Assembly (NCBI GenBank): GCA_035544015.1
Contig: DATKIP010000064.1
Coordinates: 2,131 to 66,130 of the forward strand
DNA from: Candidatus Saccharimonadia bacterium
GTDB taxonomy: Bacteria; Patescibacteriota; Saccharimonadia; UBA4664
Reading direction: 5' to 3'
Length of the DNA stretch: 64,000 nucleotides
A model generated the notes under the pieces. It did not search any database. It was not told the origin of the DNA and was given only the letters and a program-made list of their open reading frames with translations. Made by a program: the position numbers and the translations under genes. Every line of letters starts with the position of its first letter. Positions within the stretch are counted from its first letter, which is position 1. Shown piece by piece: positions 11,801 through 21,822 of this stretch.

Positions 11801-13636
11801 CTATAGTACACCAGAGTCATCAGATTCGGCGTCGTAGGAGACCGGGCGCACATGCGTCACATGTCCTGGACCCAGCCGGAAGATGCCCTCGTCGAGCCGC
11901 ACCTGGTCGAAATAGTGCGCCATAAAGCCAACCGATCGTGACAGTACAAACAGCGAGTTAAAGAATTCTGTTGCTACGAGCGTTTGCAGCTCGTCGATCG
12001 CGTAGCCTTCTTTTTCGGCCAACAGATCAAGCAATACCGCCGCCATCGCGCCGTCCACATTCAAGATCAAATTACCCTTCTTGCGCGTCGTTTCCGCCTC
12101 GACCCCGCGGGCAAAGGTGGTAAATCGCGCCTCCTCCAGACTGGCCGCAAACTCCAGCAACCGGCTCACGCGCGGGTCGGGGAAGTCACTGCGGTACTTG
12201 CGGTGGCCAATGCCTGAAATGTAGCTGCGCCGGGCCGCATACGTCTCCACGAGCGCAGCGGGGGACACCTCGCTGCTCACGCCCTCCAGCCACGTCGCCG
12301 CCGCCTGGTTCACGGCCCCGCCAAATCGCGGCCCAATCGTGAGCAGCCCCGCCGCCAGCGAGCTCACCAGATCGCGCCCGGCTCGCGCCGTCACGATGGT
12401 GTTCACCGCCCCCGACACGTACGGTCCGTGGTCGACGAGCAGCTTCAGCACATAATCCACGAACGCCACCAGCTCCGCCGATTGCGCTTCCCGACCCAAA
12501 AACATCGAGATCACAATCTTGGCGAATGAATTATTGTTGGCCAGCTCCAGCAGGCCCTGGTCCATCACCCGCACCTCGCCGTCGCCGTCGTCGTGCGACA
12601 CCGAGCTGGCGATCAAGCCCGGCCGCCGCCCCGTCAGTCGCGCCATGGCGTCGCCCAGATCGGCCGCGTCGGTGGCGCCGGGCAGCTCGGCCACCAGCTG
12701 CGCAAACTCGGCAAACGTGGCGGCACTACGCGCCCCGGCCGCCTCCAGCGCCGCCGCCTTGGCCCGCGCCGATTCGTCGCTCGAAGCCGCCATTGCTTTG
12801 GCGTGGCCAAATTGCGGCGGCGTCTCAAACAGCTCGGCCACGCTGCCCGCAATGTACGCCACCACCGGCTTCGTCACCTCGCCCCGCGCGATCATCTCGG
12901 CCAGTTCGTACTCGTCCAGCCCGCCGAGCTCACCAAAGTACACGATGGCCTCAGTGGCCGGGTCCGCCTCGGCCGCCGCAAACACCTCCTGCGGGCCAGT
13001 CATCGGGAACCGCTCGCCGCCCAGCGCCAGCGAAAAACTCAGCGAATGCCCGCTGGTAGCCACCATGCGGATGATTTCACTCACCATCCCCCCGCTCGAG
13101 CTCACCACCGCCACATTGCCGGGCGTAAATAATTTCGACTTCACGAGCTGCGGCGCCTGCACGCCCCCGATCGCACCCAGTTTCACCACCCCCGGCACCA
13201 CCACGCCCACGCTCGCGCCGCCCGCCAGCCACACGCCGGCAGCCTCGGCCTCCTCGGCCAGCGCCAGCGCATGCCGCTCGGGCAGTCCCTCCGCGAACAC
13301 CACGCCGCCCACCAGGCCGGGCAATGCCCCCAGCGCCTGCCGCGACGACGCCAATACCCGCCGCCCCGACGACAAGTTCACAAACAAATTAATCCGCGTC
13401 TTCAGCCGCTCCGGCAGTTTTTCCACCGAATTATATACCGGCACCGCCACCTCCTCGTTGCCGAAGAAGTACCGTTCCGTTTTGCGTCCCGCCGCCACTA
13501 TCGCCACCACCGACGGCCGCTGTCGGCCCGCCAGATAGTCAAAATCCAGCATGGATTGAATAATCCCCTTGGAGCTTCCCAGAGCCACAATCGCCGGATT
13601 GAGTTCTCGCAGCGCTACGATATCCAGGGTGCTCAT
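11801..13636 (-). CDS. aclA: ATP-citrate lyase alpha subunit-like (SucD-like CoA-ligase domain fused to citrate-synthase-like domain)
   Basis: Phosphohistidine loop QFGHAKAM (GHAGA-like) and C-terminal citrate synthase fold (ISGIGHRKYRSDFPDPR). 611 aa, the bacterial AclA size; overlaps aclB by 4 bp. Confidence 0.7.
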   Translation of the reverse strand: MSTLDIVALRELNPAIVALGSSKGIIQSMLDFDYLAGRQRPSVVAIVAAGRKTERYFFGNEEVAVPVYNSVEKLPERLKTRINLFVNLSSGRRVLASSRQALGALPGLVGGVVFAEGLPERHALALAEEAEAAGVWLAGGASVGVVVPGVVKLGAIGGVQAPQLVKSKLFTPGNVAVVSSSGGMVSEIIRMVATSGHSLSFSLALGGERFPMTGPQEVFAAAEADPATEAIVYFGELGGLDEYELAEMIARGEVTKPVVAYIAGSVAELFETPPQFGHAKAMAASSDESARAKAAALEAAGARSAATFAEFAQLVAELPGATDAADLGDAMARLTGRRPGLIASSVSHDDGDGEVRVMDQGLLELANNNSFAKIVISMFLGREAQSAELVAFVDYVLKLLVDHGPYVSGAVNTIVTARAGRDLVSSLAAGLLTIGPRFGGAVNQAAATWLEGVSSEVSPAALVETYAARRSYISGIGHRKYRSDFPDPRVSRLLEFAASLEEARFTTFARGVEAETTRKKGNLILNVDGAMAAVLLDLLAEKEGYAIDELQTLVATEFFNSLFVLSRSVGFMAHYFDQVRLDEGIFRLGPGHVTHVRPVSYDAESDDSGVL

Positions 13637-14823
13637 CGCGCCGCCTCCAATCCGCTGATGGCCCGCGGAATAATTTCCGACATCATCATCTCGGGTCCAC
13701 TCACCTCGCCCAGCAAATCTTCAGCCTCCAAAAACTCTCGCATCATCGCCAGCCCCTCCACCTCGTAAGGCCCGCCGCGCCGCACAAATACCTTAATGCC
13801 TTGCCGGCGCATCGGCTCCGCCACCTCGCGCAGCGCCGCGATCACCCCGCGAAACGTCGCCCGCACATCCGTAAAGTTGGCTACCCCGCCCGCAATCACG
13901 AGCACCTTGTGCTTGGCCTTCGACTCCAGCATGAGCGACAAAATTTGGCGCGTATACACCACCGTCTCCTCGGTGTTGGGGTTGCCGCTGTATTCGCCGT
14001 AATTGCCGAGCTCCCGGCCCAGCCCCTGGTTGAAGACCTCGTCGGCCAGCACCACGCTGGCACCCCCGCCGCTCAGCAGTAGGAAAATGCTGCCGTTGGG
14101 GTTGAGCACCGCCAGCCGAAACGACGCCTGGCTCTGCGCCGCCAACTCCTCCACTGCTACCATCTGCGGCAGCCGGTTAGTGGCATCAAAACTCCGAAAA
14201 TCCTCGGCGGTCCACCGCTCGTCCACAAAAAACGCCGCCTCCGTGTCTACCTCCACCGCTGCATCAAGCAGGCTTGCCGATCCAGCCTTCACCACCAGGG
14301 GATTAATCTCCAGAAACGAAAAATAATTCTCATCAAACGCGCGCGCCAGCCGCTCCAGCGTTTGCACCGGCAATTTCAACAACTCGGCCGCCCGCGCCGC
14401 CGCTTCCGGGCCAAACACCGCCCGGCGAATTTCCCCGGCCGCCGATTCCACATCCACGCCGCCCCGCGCCGAAAAGCTGATCACCACCCCCGCCCGGAGC
14501 CGCTCGAAAGCCAAATACCGCTCATCGGCGGCGTCATGGGATAATTGCTCCTCGATGAGCAGATACCGAAACCCCTTGCCGGCCAAGGCTTCCACGTCCT
14601 TCGGCAGTTCATGTTTGCCCCGGCCCAATTTCACCAGACCCTTTTTGAAGCGGCCCTTTACGCCCTGATCAACCTTGATTACGTATGACGCGCCGTCATT
14701 GAGCGCCGCCACGGCCGGCTTCCAGGTACCCTGAGTGTCGATCATTACTCCGGTATAAACCTGATCTAGCTCTCGCGCCAGGATTGTTTTGGCTCGGTAT
14801 TCAGATATTTTTCGACGCGGCAT
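13633..14823 (-). CDS. aclB: ATP-citrate lyase beta subunit-like (SucC-like ATP-grasp)
   Basis: ISEYRAKTILAREL N-terminus of the SucC/AclB ATP-grasp family; 396 aa, the AclB size. Confidence 0.7.
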   Translation of the reverse strand: MPRRKISEYRAKTILARELDQVYTGVMIDTQGTWKPAVAALNDGASYVIKVDQGVKGRFKKGLVKLGRGKHELPKDVEALAGKGFRYLLIEEQLSHDAADERYLAFERLRAGVVISFSARGGVDVESAAGEIRRAVFGPEAAARAAELLKLPVQTLERLARAFDENYFSFLEINPLVVKAGSASLLDAAVEVDTEAAFFVDERWTAEDFRSFDATNRLPQMVAVEELAAQSQASFRLAVLNPNGSIFLLLSGGGASVVLADEVFNQGLGRELGNYGEYSGNPNTEETVVYTRQILSLMLESKAKHKVLVIAGGVANFTDVRATFRGVIAALREVAEPMRRQGIKVFVRRGGPYEVEGLAMMREFLEAEDLLGEVSGPEMMMSEIIPRAISGLEAAR

Positions 14824-14892
14824 AGTAAACTCTTTTCACTTAACCACCTCATTATACGTGTGAGGGGCCTAAATGTGCCATAATACCACCAT

Positions 14893-16707
14893 ATGGCCAA
14901 GCGCAAACCCGACCCCGAACCAGAAGTCGACCCGCCGCTCCCCGTCGAGTCGTGGGACGCCACCTCGAGCGCCAGCACCTGGCGGCGCTCGCCGTTGTGG
15001 CTGCGCGCGGTGGGTTCGGCTGCCGTGCTCGCCGTGCTCCTGGTGGGCAGCTTCGAGCTCGTGTACGCCGGCAAGGTCTACCCCGGCGTCACGGCCGACG
15101 GCGCCGCTCTGGCCGGGCTGGGCCGCGCCACGGCCGCGCGACACATCACCGACCGCACCACCGAATTTGCCGGCCACGTGGTCACCATCGCCGACGGTGA
15201 CACCAATCTGCGCATCCCGGTGGCGGGCCTCGGCGTCACCTACAACACGCAGCAAGCCGCCGACCTGGCCTACAATTACGGCCGGCAGGGCAACTGGACC
15301 CGCCGTCTCCACGAACAACTCCGCGCTCTGCTCGGCCGCACCACGAATTTTTCGTCGTACCGCTTCGACGACAGCCGCCTCGTGCCCTACGTGGTTGATC
15401 TCGGCGACGACGTGCTGACGCCGGCCGCCGACGCCAGCCTCAGCTTCGATGCCTCCCGGCCCCAGGTCACCCCGGCTCAATCTGGCACCCGCCTCGATTA
15501 CGGCCGCCTGGCCCAGCTGGTGGCCGACCGCCTCTCGCAGGCCTCATCCGACACCATCGCCGCGCCGGTTTACCAACTCGCCCCCCAATTGTCCACCTCG
15601 GCGCTTCAGGCCGTCACCGATCAGCTCGGCAGCTACCTCTCGGGGCCCATCACGCTCAATTATTCCGGCACCACTGTCACCATCAATCAAAAAACCATCA
15701 TTTCATGGGTTGAAGTGGGCTCCAAGACGCCCAAATCCTTCTTCAATACCTACAACCTAGCCGATATCTATCCCGCGCCGGCCACCGCCAGCCTCGGTCT
15801 CAGCCGCGCCACGGTCGAAAAATACGTGGCCACGTTGGCCGCCGACATCGACCAAACCCCGCAAAACGCCGGCCTGGCGATGCAAAACGGCCAGCTCGCC
15901 GTCGTGCAACCGAGCCGCACCGGCATCAAGCTCAATCAGGCCGACGCCACCACCGCCATCGTCGGTGCGCTCAAAAAATCCGCCGACGACCGCCAAATCA
16001 GCCTCAAGCTCGAAACCACCCAGGCCGATGTCAACGAGTCCAATCTCGACACGCTCGGCATCAAGGAGCAAATCTCCGAGGGCGAAACCTACTTCCCCGG
16101 CTCACCTAGCACCCGCCTCACCAACGTCCGCGCCGGCGCCAAGCGCTTCAACGGCGTGCTCCTCAAGCCCGGCGAGACGTTTAGCTTCGGCAAACTCCTC
16201 GGCAACGTCGGCCCCGAAACCGGCTACGTGCCCGAGCTCGTCATTCTGGGCGACCACGAAGAGAAGCAATACGGCGGGGGACTGTGCCAGGTGAGCTCCA
16301 CCGCCTTCCGCGCCGCCCTGGCCGCCGGCCTGCCCATCACCGAGCGCGTCAACCACGCCTTCGCCATTAGCTACTACACCTGGCCCTACTCCGCGCCCGG
16401 CGTCGACGCCACCATTTACTACCCCGACGTCGACTTCAAATTCGTCAACGACACCGGCCACTACATCCTCATGCAGACCATCATGAACGGCACCGACCTC
16501 AAATTCGACTTCTTCGGCACCAAAACCAAGAGCGGCGTCATCCGCGGTCCCAACTTCGTCACCGGCAGCCCAGACGCCACCCAGCCCTCGCGCACCGTCT
16601 TCTACCGCGATGTACTCGACCTCGCCGGCAACGTCACCAAAACCGACGCGTTCTACACCAACTACAAATCCAGCAAAGATTTCCCCATCACCAAGCAATT
16701 TAACTAG
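14893..16707 (+). CDS. VanW-family protein with N-terminal membrane anchor
   Basis: VanW core YGGGLCQVSSTAFRAALAAGLPITERVNH; N-terminal TM; no vanHAX genes nearby. Confidence 0.8.
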   Translation: MAKRKPDPEPEVDPPLPVESWDATSSASTWRRSPLWLRAVGSAAVLAVLLVGSFELVYAGKVYPGVTADGAALAGLGRATAARHITDRTTEFAGHVVTIADGDTNLRIPVAGLGVTYNTQQAADLAYNYGRQGNWTRRLHEQLRALLGRTTNFSSYRFDDSRLVPYVVDLGDDVLTPAADASLSFDASRPQVTPAQSGTRLDYGRLAQLVADRLSQASSDTIAAPVYQLAPQLSTSALQAVTDQLGSYLSGPITLNYSGTTVTINQKTIISWVEVGSKTPKSFFNTYNLADIYPAPATASLGLSRATVEKYVATLAADIDQTPQNAGLAMQNGQLAVVQPSRTGIKLNQADATTAIVGALKKSADDRQISLKLETTQADVNESNLDTLGIKEQISEGETYFPGSPSTRLTNVRAGAKRFNGVLLKPGETFSFGKLLGNVGPETGYVPELVILGDHEEKQYGGGLCQVSSTAFRAALAAGLPITERVNHAFAISYYTWPYSAPGVDATIYYPDVDFKFVNDTGHYILMQTIMNGTDLKFDFFGTKTKSGVIRGPNFVTGSPDATQPSRTVFYRDVLDLAGNVTKTDAFYTNYKSSKDFPITKQFN

Positions 16708-16724
16708 GTCCGCCCGGTTATTAG

Positions 16725-16761
16725 TTGACACTACGGCTTTTGTTCGGTACACTCTAAACAA
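16725..16761 (+). promoter_or_regulatory. Putative lexA promoter (-35 TTGACA, 17 bp, -10 TACACT) overlapped by an imperfect palindrome TTGTT-N12-AACAA
   Basis: Seen directly upstream of lexA. Does not match the canonical GAAC-N4-GTTC or CTGT-N8-ACAG LexA boxes. Confidence 0.35.
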
Positions 16762-16782
16762 GTAACGCCTGGGAGGGTACCA

Positions 16783-17403
16783 ATGGCCGAACCATTAACC
16801 AAACGCCAAAAAGAGGTCCTCGACTTCGTGACGCAGTTCATCGAGCTGCATGGGTACGCTCCTAGCTACCGCGAAATCGCCGCCTACTTCAAGTACGCGT
16901 CCGTTGCCACGGTCGCCGAGCATGTCGAATCGCTTGTGGGCAAAGGTATGCTCCAAAAAAGCGACAACGAAGCCCGCTCCATCCAGCTCGTTCGGGCCGA
17001 CAACATCGACGCCACGCCTCAATTCGGCCTGCCCATCCTTGGTCTCGTAGCTGCTGGCCAGCCCATCGAGACCCTCGGCACCCATTCCGAAACCCTCGAG
17101 GTCCCCGCCTTCATGATCGGCCGCAAAAACTCCTACGTGCTGCAGGTCAAAGGCGACTCCATGATCGACGAAGGCATCCACACCGGTGATTATGTTGTGG
17201 TCACCGAAAAACCCACCCCTTCGAACGGCGAAATGGTTATCGCCCTCATCAACGGCGGCGAAGCCACGCTCAAGCGGTACTACAAAGAGAAAAACCATAT
17301 CCGCCTTCAGCCTTCCAATGCCGCCATGGAGCCGATCATTATCGAGCCGGGCACCCCCATCGAAATCCAGGGTGTCGTCATCGGCCTCATTCGGAAATAC
17401 TAG
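16783..17403 (+). CDS. lexA: LexA repressor
   Basis: N-terminal wHTH, Ala-Gly cleavage region and S24 peptidase motifs (VKGDSM, GEATLKRY); GGGAGGG SD. Confidence 0.9.
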   Translation: MAEPLTKRQKEVLDFVTQFIELHGYAPSYREIAAYFKYASVATVAEHVESLVGKGMLQKSDNEARSIQLVRADNIDATPQFGLPILGLVAAGQPIETLGTHSETLEVPAFMIGRKNSYVLQVKGDSMIDEGIHTGDYVVVTEKPTPSNGEMVIALINGGEATLKRYYKEKNHIRLQPSNAAMEPIIIEPGTPIEIQGVVIGLIRKY

Positions 17404-17684
17404 AGTAGCATGAACACCGCATCGTTCAACGGCTTCGAGTGCCACATGTACATCTCTGCCCGCGGCGCCATCAAGTCCAAGCTTCCCGCCGAATCCGGCC
17501 CCAGGCGTGTCGCCCGCCTCGAACCCGCCGGCCACGAAGCGCTCATCGACCCCGCCTTCCGCCGGCTCCTGGCCGCCTTCGAATCTGTCCCGCAGCCGCT
17601 CCAAATTGTGCAGGTCTAAGCGGCGCATAGGGAAGAATAAAGTGCCCTCTTGCCTCCTCCAGGACGAGACCGGGGTCGGCGAGA

Positions 17685-17911
17685 GGCAAAGGCACGAATC
17701 GCCGCGAGCGCCCGACCACCAGCGCATCGGATAGATAGTAGGGTTGAGTTCGTTCGCAAGATTCGTGCCTTTGCCGAGAGCATATGCGTCCTTCCCGTGA
17801 CTAAGACCCGGGTAGGCGAAGGTAGGCCTGTGAAATATCGTCAGCGTCAGACAACCACTGCTCTGAAGGAAAATCAGGGTTGAGTTCGCTGACGGTATTT
17901 CGCAGGCCTAC
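17685..17911. repeat. Two tandem hairpin modules, each with conserved loop motif GGGTTGAGTTCG; candidate structured ncRNA or MITE-like element
   Basis: 16-bp perfect IR GGCAAAGGCACGAATC / GATTCGTGCCTTTGCC (17685-17700 and 17760-17775) and 10-bp IR GGTAGGCCTG / CAGGCCTACC (17820-17829 and 17902-17911). Confidence 0.4.
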
Positions 17912-17926
17912 CGCAGCAAGCAAACT

Positions 17927-19000
17927 CTAGGCCAAAAAGAACGCCTCGTTCAACCCCCGTAAAAAGGCCTGAAACGGCCCCCGCTCCGGCCGCTGCGGGT
18001 AGGTTCGGTTCGACAAAAGCACGAGCGCCGACGAGGCGCCCGGGTCTATCGCGATCCAGCAGCCCGTAAAGCCCGACTTCATCAGCCTGCCCGGCCGCTG
18101 CGCCCCGCCCATCACATCCGGCCGATCAATCTCCCAGCCCAATCCCGCCGCCTGGCCAATATCCGTCAGCTGGTTTGTAGCCATCAGCTCGATCGTCTGA
18201 GGGTTAAAGTACCTATGGCCAGCCAAAGCCCCGCCGGCCAGCATCATCTCGGCAAGGCGCAGCAAATCTCCCGCCGTACTAAAAAGCCCCGCGCAGCCGG
18301 CTATCATATCCTGCGTTAGCAGCACCGCCGCCGTCTCGTCGTGCGGCACGCCCCGCACCTCGCCGTACTCGCTAAGCTCCGTTGGCGCAGTGCGGCCCAG
18401 TGCCGCCGGCTTCGGCCGAAATGTTGTACTCGTCATACCCAGCGGCTCAAAAAACCAGCTACGCGCTAGCTCATCAAGCGGCCCGCCGGCCACCCGCTCC
18501 ACCACCAGCCCCAGCAATACGGCGGGGGAGTTGGTGTAGCGGTAGAGCTCACCCGGGGGCGCCTTCAAGGGAGCGTTGAGTATCACATCAAGCAGCCGCT
18601 CTGGATCGCGCTTGGCCACCGCCGACAGCCCCTCCGCCAGATCGAGCACCACGGTATAGGTCAACAAATGCCGCACCAGCACTCCACGGCGATCCGGGTG
18701 CGCCATTTGGGGCAGATACTGTCCCACCCGGTCGTCCAGCGACAGCCGCCCCTCTTCCACGAGCTTCAACGCTGCCATCGCCGTCGGAATCGATTTTGTC
18801 ACCGATGCCACATCATACACGGTGTCGGCCGTCACGAGCGGAGCCGCGTTATGGTACGTCTGCCGGCCGAACCCCATCACCTTCGTCGTCCCACCCCGCA
18901 CATATCCCACGGCACAGCCCGGAAACACCTCTGCCCCAATCGCCTCCCGGCACAGCCGCGTCAAACGCTCGTCGAGATCAGGCGTGCCCCCACCCGCCAT
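17927..19000 (-). CDS. Serine hydrolase of the beta-lactamase/PBP (class C-like) family
   Basis: SVTKS (SxxK) motif near the N-terminus; ~357 aa. Confidence 0.8.
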   Translation of the reverse strand: MAGGGTPDLDERLTRLCREAIGAEVFPGCAVGYVRGGTTKVMGFGRQTYHNAAPLVTADTVYDVASVTKSIPTAMAALKLVEEGRLSLDDRVGQYLPQMAHPDRRGVLVRHLLTYTVVLDLAEGLSAVAKRDPERLLDVILNAPLKAPPGELYRYTNSPAVLLGLVVERVAGGPLDELARSWFFEPLGMTSTTFRPKPAALGRTAPTELSEYGEVRGVPHDETAAVLLTQDMIAGCAGLFSTAGDLLRLAEMMLAGGALAGHRYFNPQTIELMATNQLTDIGQAAGLGWEIDRPDVMGGAQRPGRLMKSGFTGCWIAIDPGASSALVLLSNRTYPQRPERGPFQAFLRGLNEAFFLA

Positions 19001-19001
19001 A

Positions 19002-20726
19002 TTATTGATACGGATTTCCGCCGCCGCCGTAAGTGCGCTGGTTGCCGCGGTAAAAGTCTGAGATCTTCACCGGCGTTCCCCCGCCCGTGCCAATCACATA
19101 CAGCGCGTTTTCATCAGTCTTGGTCGAGCTAAACACGATGTAGTCATTGCCGTACCATTGCACAAACTGATTCACAGAGCCCATACCGGTGAGTTTCTTC
19201 TCGTTGCCGCCGTTGCCATCGGTGAGGTACAGCTCGCTCTTGCCGTCACGTTCTTCGATAAAGCTTGAGTTCGAACGGTCGGGAGAATCATTGTAGTACC
19301 GGCTCGTCTCAATGCTCGGACCATTGGGCAGGCGAGTCACCGCGAAGCTCCCGAGGTCGATGCTATCCCACAGCGACCCAGCCGTACCCGCGTAATACTC
19401 CGACAGCAGGGTTTGCTTGGCTCGCCGCACCGTCGTGTCTGAGGTGATGGCGCTAATGCGCTTGGGGCTGCCCGTAAGCTTGGCCGCAAAAATTCCGTTG
19501 CGGTTGGCGTCGTCGGCTCCCCGCACCGAGTACAAAAACCCGTCGCTGAGCGCCTGGCGAATGGTGGGGCATCCCACGCTCCCGGGTACGCCGGCTAGCA
19601 CCGTCGTCGTCTTGCCGCTACTAATGTCATAGGTCTTGATCGAATCGCAATACCCGTAGGCCGCGGTATAACTCTGCTTCTCGTATACCAAGGTGCTGCC
19701 CAGCCAGGCTCGGAAATTATTAAACTCCACATCCGGCTCGATTTTGGTCAACTTGCGGCTCTCCGTATTGAAGATGAACAAATCGTGGTGCAACCCATCA
19801 GGGCGCCGTCCATCGCGGCTCGAGACCAAAGCTAGGGTATGCGGGTCGGAAATATTGGGTAAAATGCCCGTGATCTCGTCCTCGCTGCCCGTTCCCGCCA
19901 GCACCACCTCGGCGCCCGTGCCGTCGAGATTTGAGCCGTAAATATCAATACGGCCGGTACGGTTCGACTGGAAGTACACCTTGCCCGTGGGGGTCAGCTT
20001 GGCCGGCACCGGTGCGCCTCCAGGCTTCACCGTCACCGCCACCTCCGCGTCGTTGTAGCCGTCGCGAGTTAGTTTGAGCGTCTGCTTGGTGTTGTTGGTG
20101 GCCGGCAGTAGGCTCAGCTCGGCCCGGCCGGTCGCGTCGCTCACCGCTGAAGCCTCGCCGTTTTTGACTTCCACGCCCTCCACGCTACCGCCGGTGATCA
20201 AGTTGGTCACCTGCGCCACCACCTTGATACCGTTGGGCTTGAGCGTCACGCTCGCCGCTCCCTTGCCTAGGGGCGCCAGCGCCGCGACCGAGGCGTCGCT
20301 ATAGCCGGTTTTGCGCACTGTAATGTGGCCGTGACCCAGCTTCACTTTTGCGAGCGTCACGTGGCCCGATTTGTCGGTCAGATCCGCCGCGCCGCCAAAT
20401 TCCACCAACGCCTTCGGTACCGGCTGCTTGGTGGTAGCGTCGGTCACCGTTACTGTCTCCGCAGTCGTCAGAAACATCCCGAGTACCGGATATTTCAGAT
20501 CGGTAGCCCCCACCGCCACGCCGGCCACCACGAGCACTGTCGCCACGCCGGCCGCCCACAGCCGTACCGGCTTGGCCCGCAGCCAAGCCCAGGCGGCCTT
20601 GAGGCTGCGCCGTCGGTGCGGAGTACCGCCATCGGTGGCCGGTGCCGTCTCGGCCGGCTCGTCTGGTGGCGGCGCTGCCTCGGCCGCCAATTCCTCTACC
20701 TCGTCCTCGCGTGCTGGCTCTGCCAT
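19002..20726 (-). CDS. Membrane-anchored TolB-like protein (carboxypeptidase-regulatory-like domains plus PD40 beta-propeller)
   Basis: Acidic/Pro-rich N-terminus, TM LWAAGVATVLVVAGVAV, PD40-type repeats (YFQSNRTGRIDIY; ERDGKSELYLTDGNG). Confidence 0.55.
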   Translation of the reverse strand: MAEPAREDEVEELAAEAAPPPDEPAETAPATDGGTPHRRRSLKAAWAWLRAKPVRLWAAGVATVLVVAGVAVGATDLKYPVLGMFLTTAETVTVTDATTKQPVPKALVEFGGAADLTDKSGHVTLAKVKLGHGHITVRKTGYSDASVAALAPLGKGAASVTLKPNGIKVVAQVTNLITGGSVEGVEVKNGEASAVSDATGRAELSLLPATNNTKQTLKLTRDGYNDAEVAVTVKPGGAPVPAKLTPTGKVYFQSNRTGRIDIYGSNLDGTGAEVVLAGTGSEDEITGILPNISDPHTLALVSSRDGRRPDGLHHDLFIFNTESRKLTKIEPDVEFNNFRAWLGSTLVYEKQSYTAAYGYCDSIKTYDISSGKTTTVLAGVPGSVGCPTIRQALSDGFLYSVRGADDANRNGIFAAKLTGSPKRISAITSDTTVRRAKQTLLSEYYAGTAGSLWDSIDLGSFAVTRLPNGPSIETSRYYNDSPDRSNSSFIEERDGKSELYLTDGNGGNEKKLTGMGSVNQFVQWYGNDYIVFSSTKTDENALYVIGTGGGTPVKISDFYRGNQRTYGGGGNPYQ

Positions 20727-20774
20727 AGCTGCTCCTTATCTTCCCTCAAGCATAATTGTTTTCACGGCCAAGAG

Positions 20775-21779
20775 CTACAGGGCGTTGCGACGCGTGGCGG
20801 CCGGATTGGTTTTTTCGGCTACGGCTCGCACATTAGCGTACTTGTCGAATTCATCGACGATTTCGACGCCCAAAATCTCTTCAATAACATCTTCGATCGA
20901 GATCACACCCACAAATTCCGAAAATTGATTCACCACCATAAACAAGTGGTTTTTAGTCTTAATGAAGGCATTCAAAGCATGGTCGAGCCGCGCATCCTCA
21001 TTCACAAAAAACACCGAATTACTCTTCACCCGCTCCACCGCCTTGCCCTTGATGGCCGGATCGATGAGCTGTTGCGCATACAAAATACCAGTCACCTGGT
21101 CGAGCGACTCGTCGTACACCGGAAAACGCGAGTAGCCCGATAGCCGCAGCTCCTCCACCGTCTTCGCATCAAGCACCCGGTCCTGTTCAATGCCCGTCAC
21201 CATCGAGCGCGGCGTCATGATCTCTCGGATCGCTTTGTCGCTAAACGTCAGCGCTCCCCGCGCGATGCGCTCTTCGTCGCGCTTGAGCGTGCTGCCGCCG
21301 TGCTCTTCCAAAATCCCCATGATTTCTTTGCGCGAGTACATCGTAGGCAGCTCTTCGCCAAGCGCTTTATCGAGCAGCCAGGCCAGCGGCGCCGCCACCG
21401 GATAGAAAATAAACAAAATGATGTGCACCAGCCACGCCGTGCGCGAACCGAGCATCATCGCGTATCGCGAAAAAACCGCTTGCGGAATAATCTCACCGAA
21501 GACGGTAATCAAAAAGGTGGTCATGATGCCGGCCACCACCCCACCCGAGACCGATTCCAGCACCAGCGACAGCGTCGAAATTGCCGCCACGTTGCCCACC
21601 AGCAGCGTTACGAGCAGTAAATTGCCGCGCTTACGCACCGCGTATATGCGCTTCGCCCGGCTATCGCCCGTGGCTATTTTGCGCTTGAGTTCGTGAGGAC
21701 CTAGGCTCATGAGGCCGAGCGTCAGCCCCGAAAAGAGTGCGGAGACTGCCAATAAGGCCAGGACAATGATATAAATCAT
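20775..21779 (-). CDS. CNNM-family (DUF21 + CBS pair) putative Mg2+/Co2+ transporter
   Basis: Four N-terminal TM helices then paired CBS domains; no C-terminal CorC_HlyC domain at this length. Confidence 0.8.
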   Translation of the reverse strand: MIYIIVLALLAVSALFSGLTLGLMSLGPHELKRKIATGDSRAKRIYAVRKRGNLLLVTLLVGNVAAISTLSLVLESVSGGVVAGIMTTFLITVFGEIIPQAVFSRYAMMLGSRTAWLVHIILFIFYPVAAPLAWLLDKALGEELPTMYSRKEIMGILEEHGGSTLKRDEERIARGALTFSDKAIREIMTPRSMVTGIEQDRVLDAKTVEELRLSGYSRFPVYDESLDQVTGILYAQQLIDPAIKGKAVERVKSNSVFFVNEDARLDHALNAFIKTKNHLFMVVNQFSEFVGVISIEDVIEEILGVEIVDEFDKYANVRAVAEKTNPAATRRNAL

Positions 21780-21822
21780 TACGATATTATAAACTATTTC
21801 GCAAAAAATGCATTAATTATTG

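Noticed and set aside
14893-16707. VanW as part of a vancomycin-resistance operon
   Set aside because: No vanH/vanA/vanX or vanRS genes are adjacent. VanW-domain proteins are widespread outside van clusters.
17410-17619. 69-aa ORF immediately after lexA
   Set aside because: No RBS and no recognisable features. The region is better explained as the 5' part of the structured repeat element.
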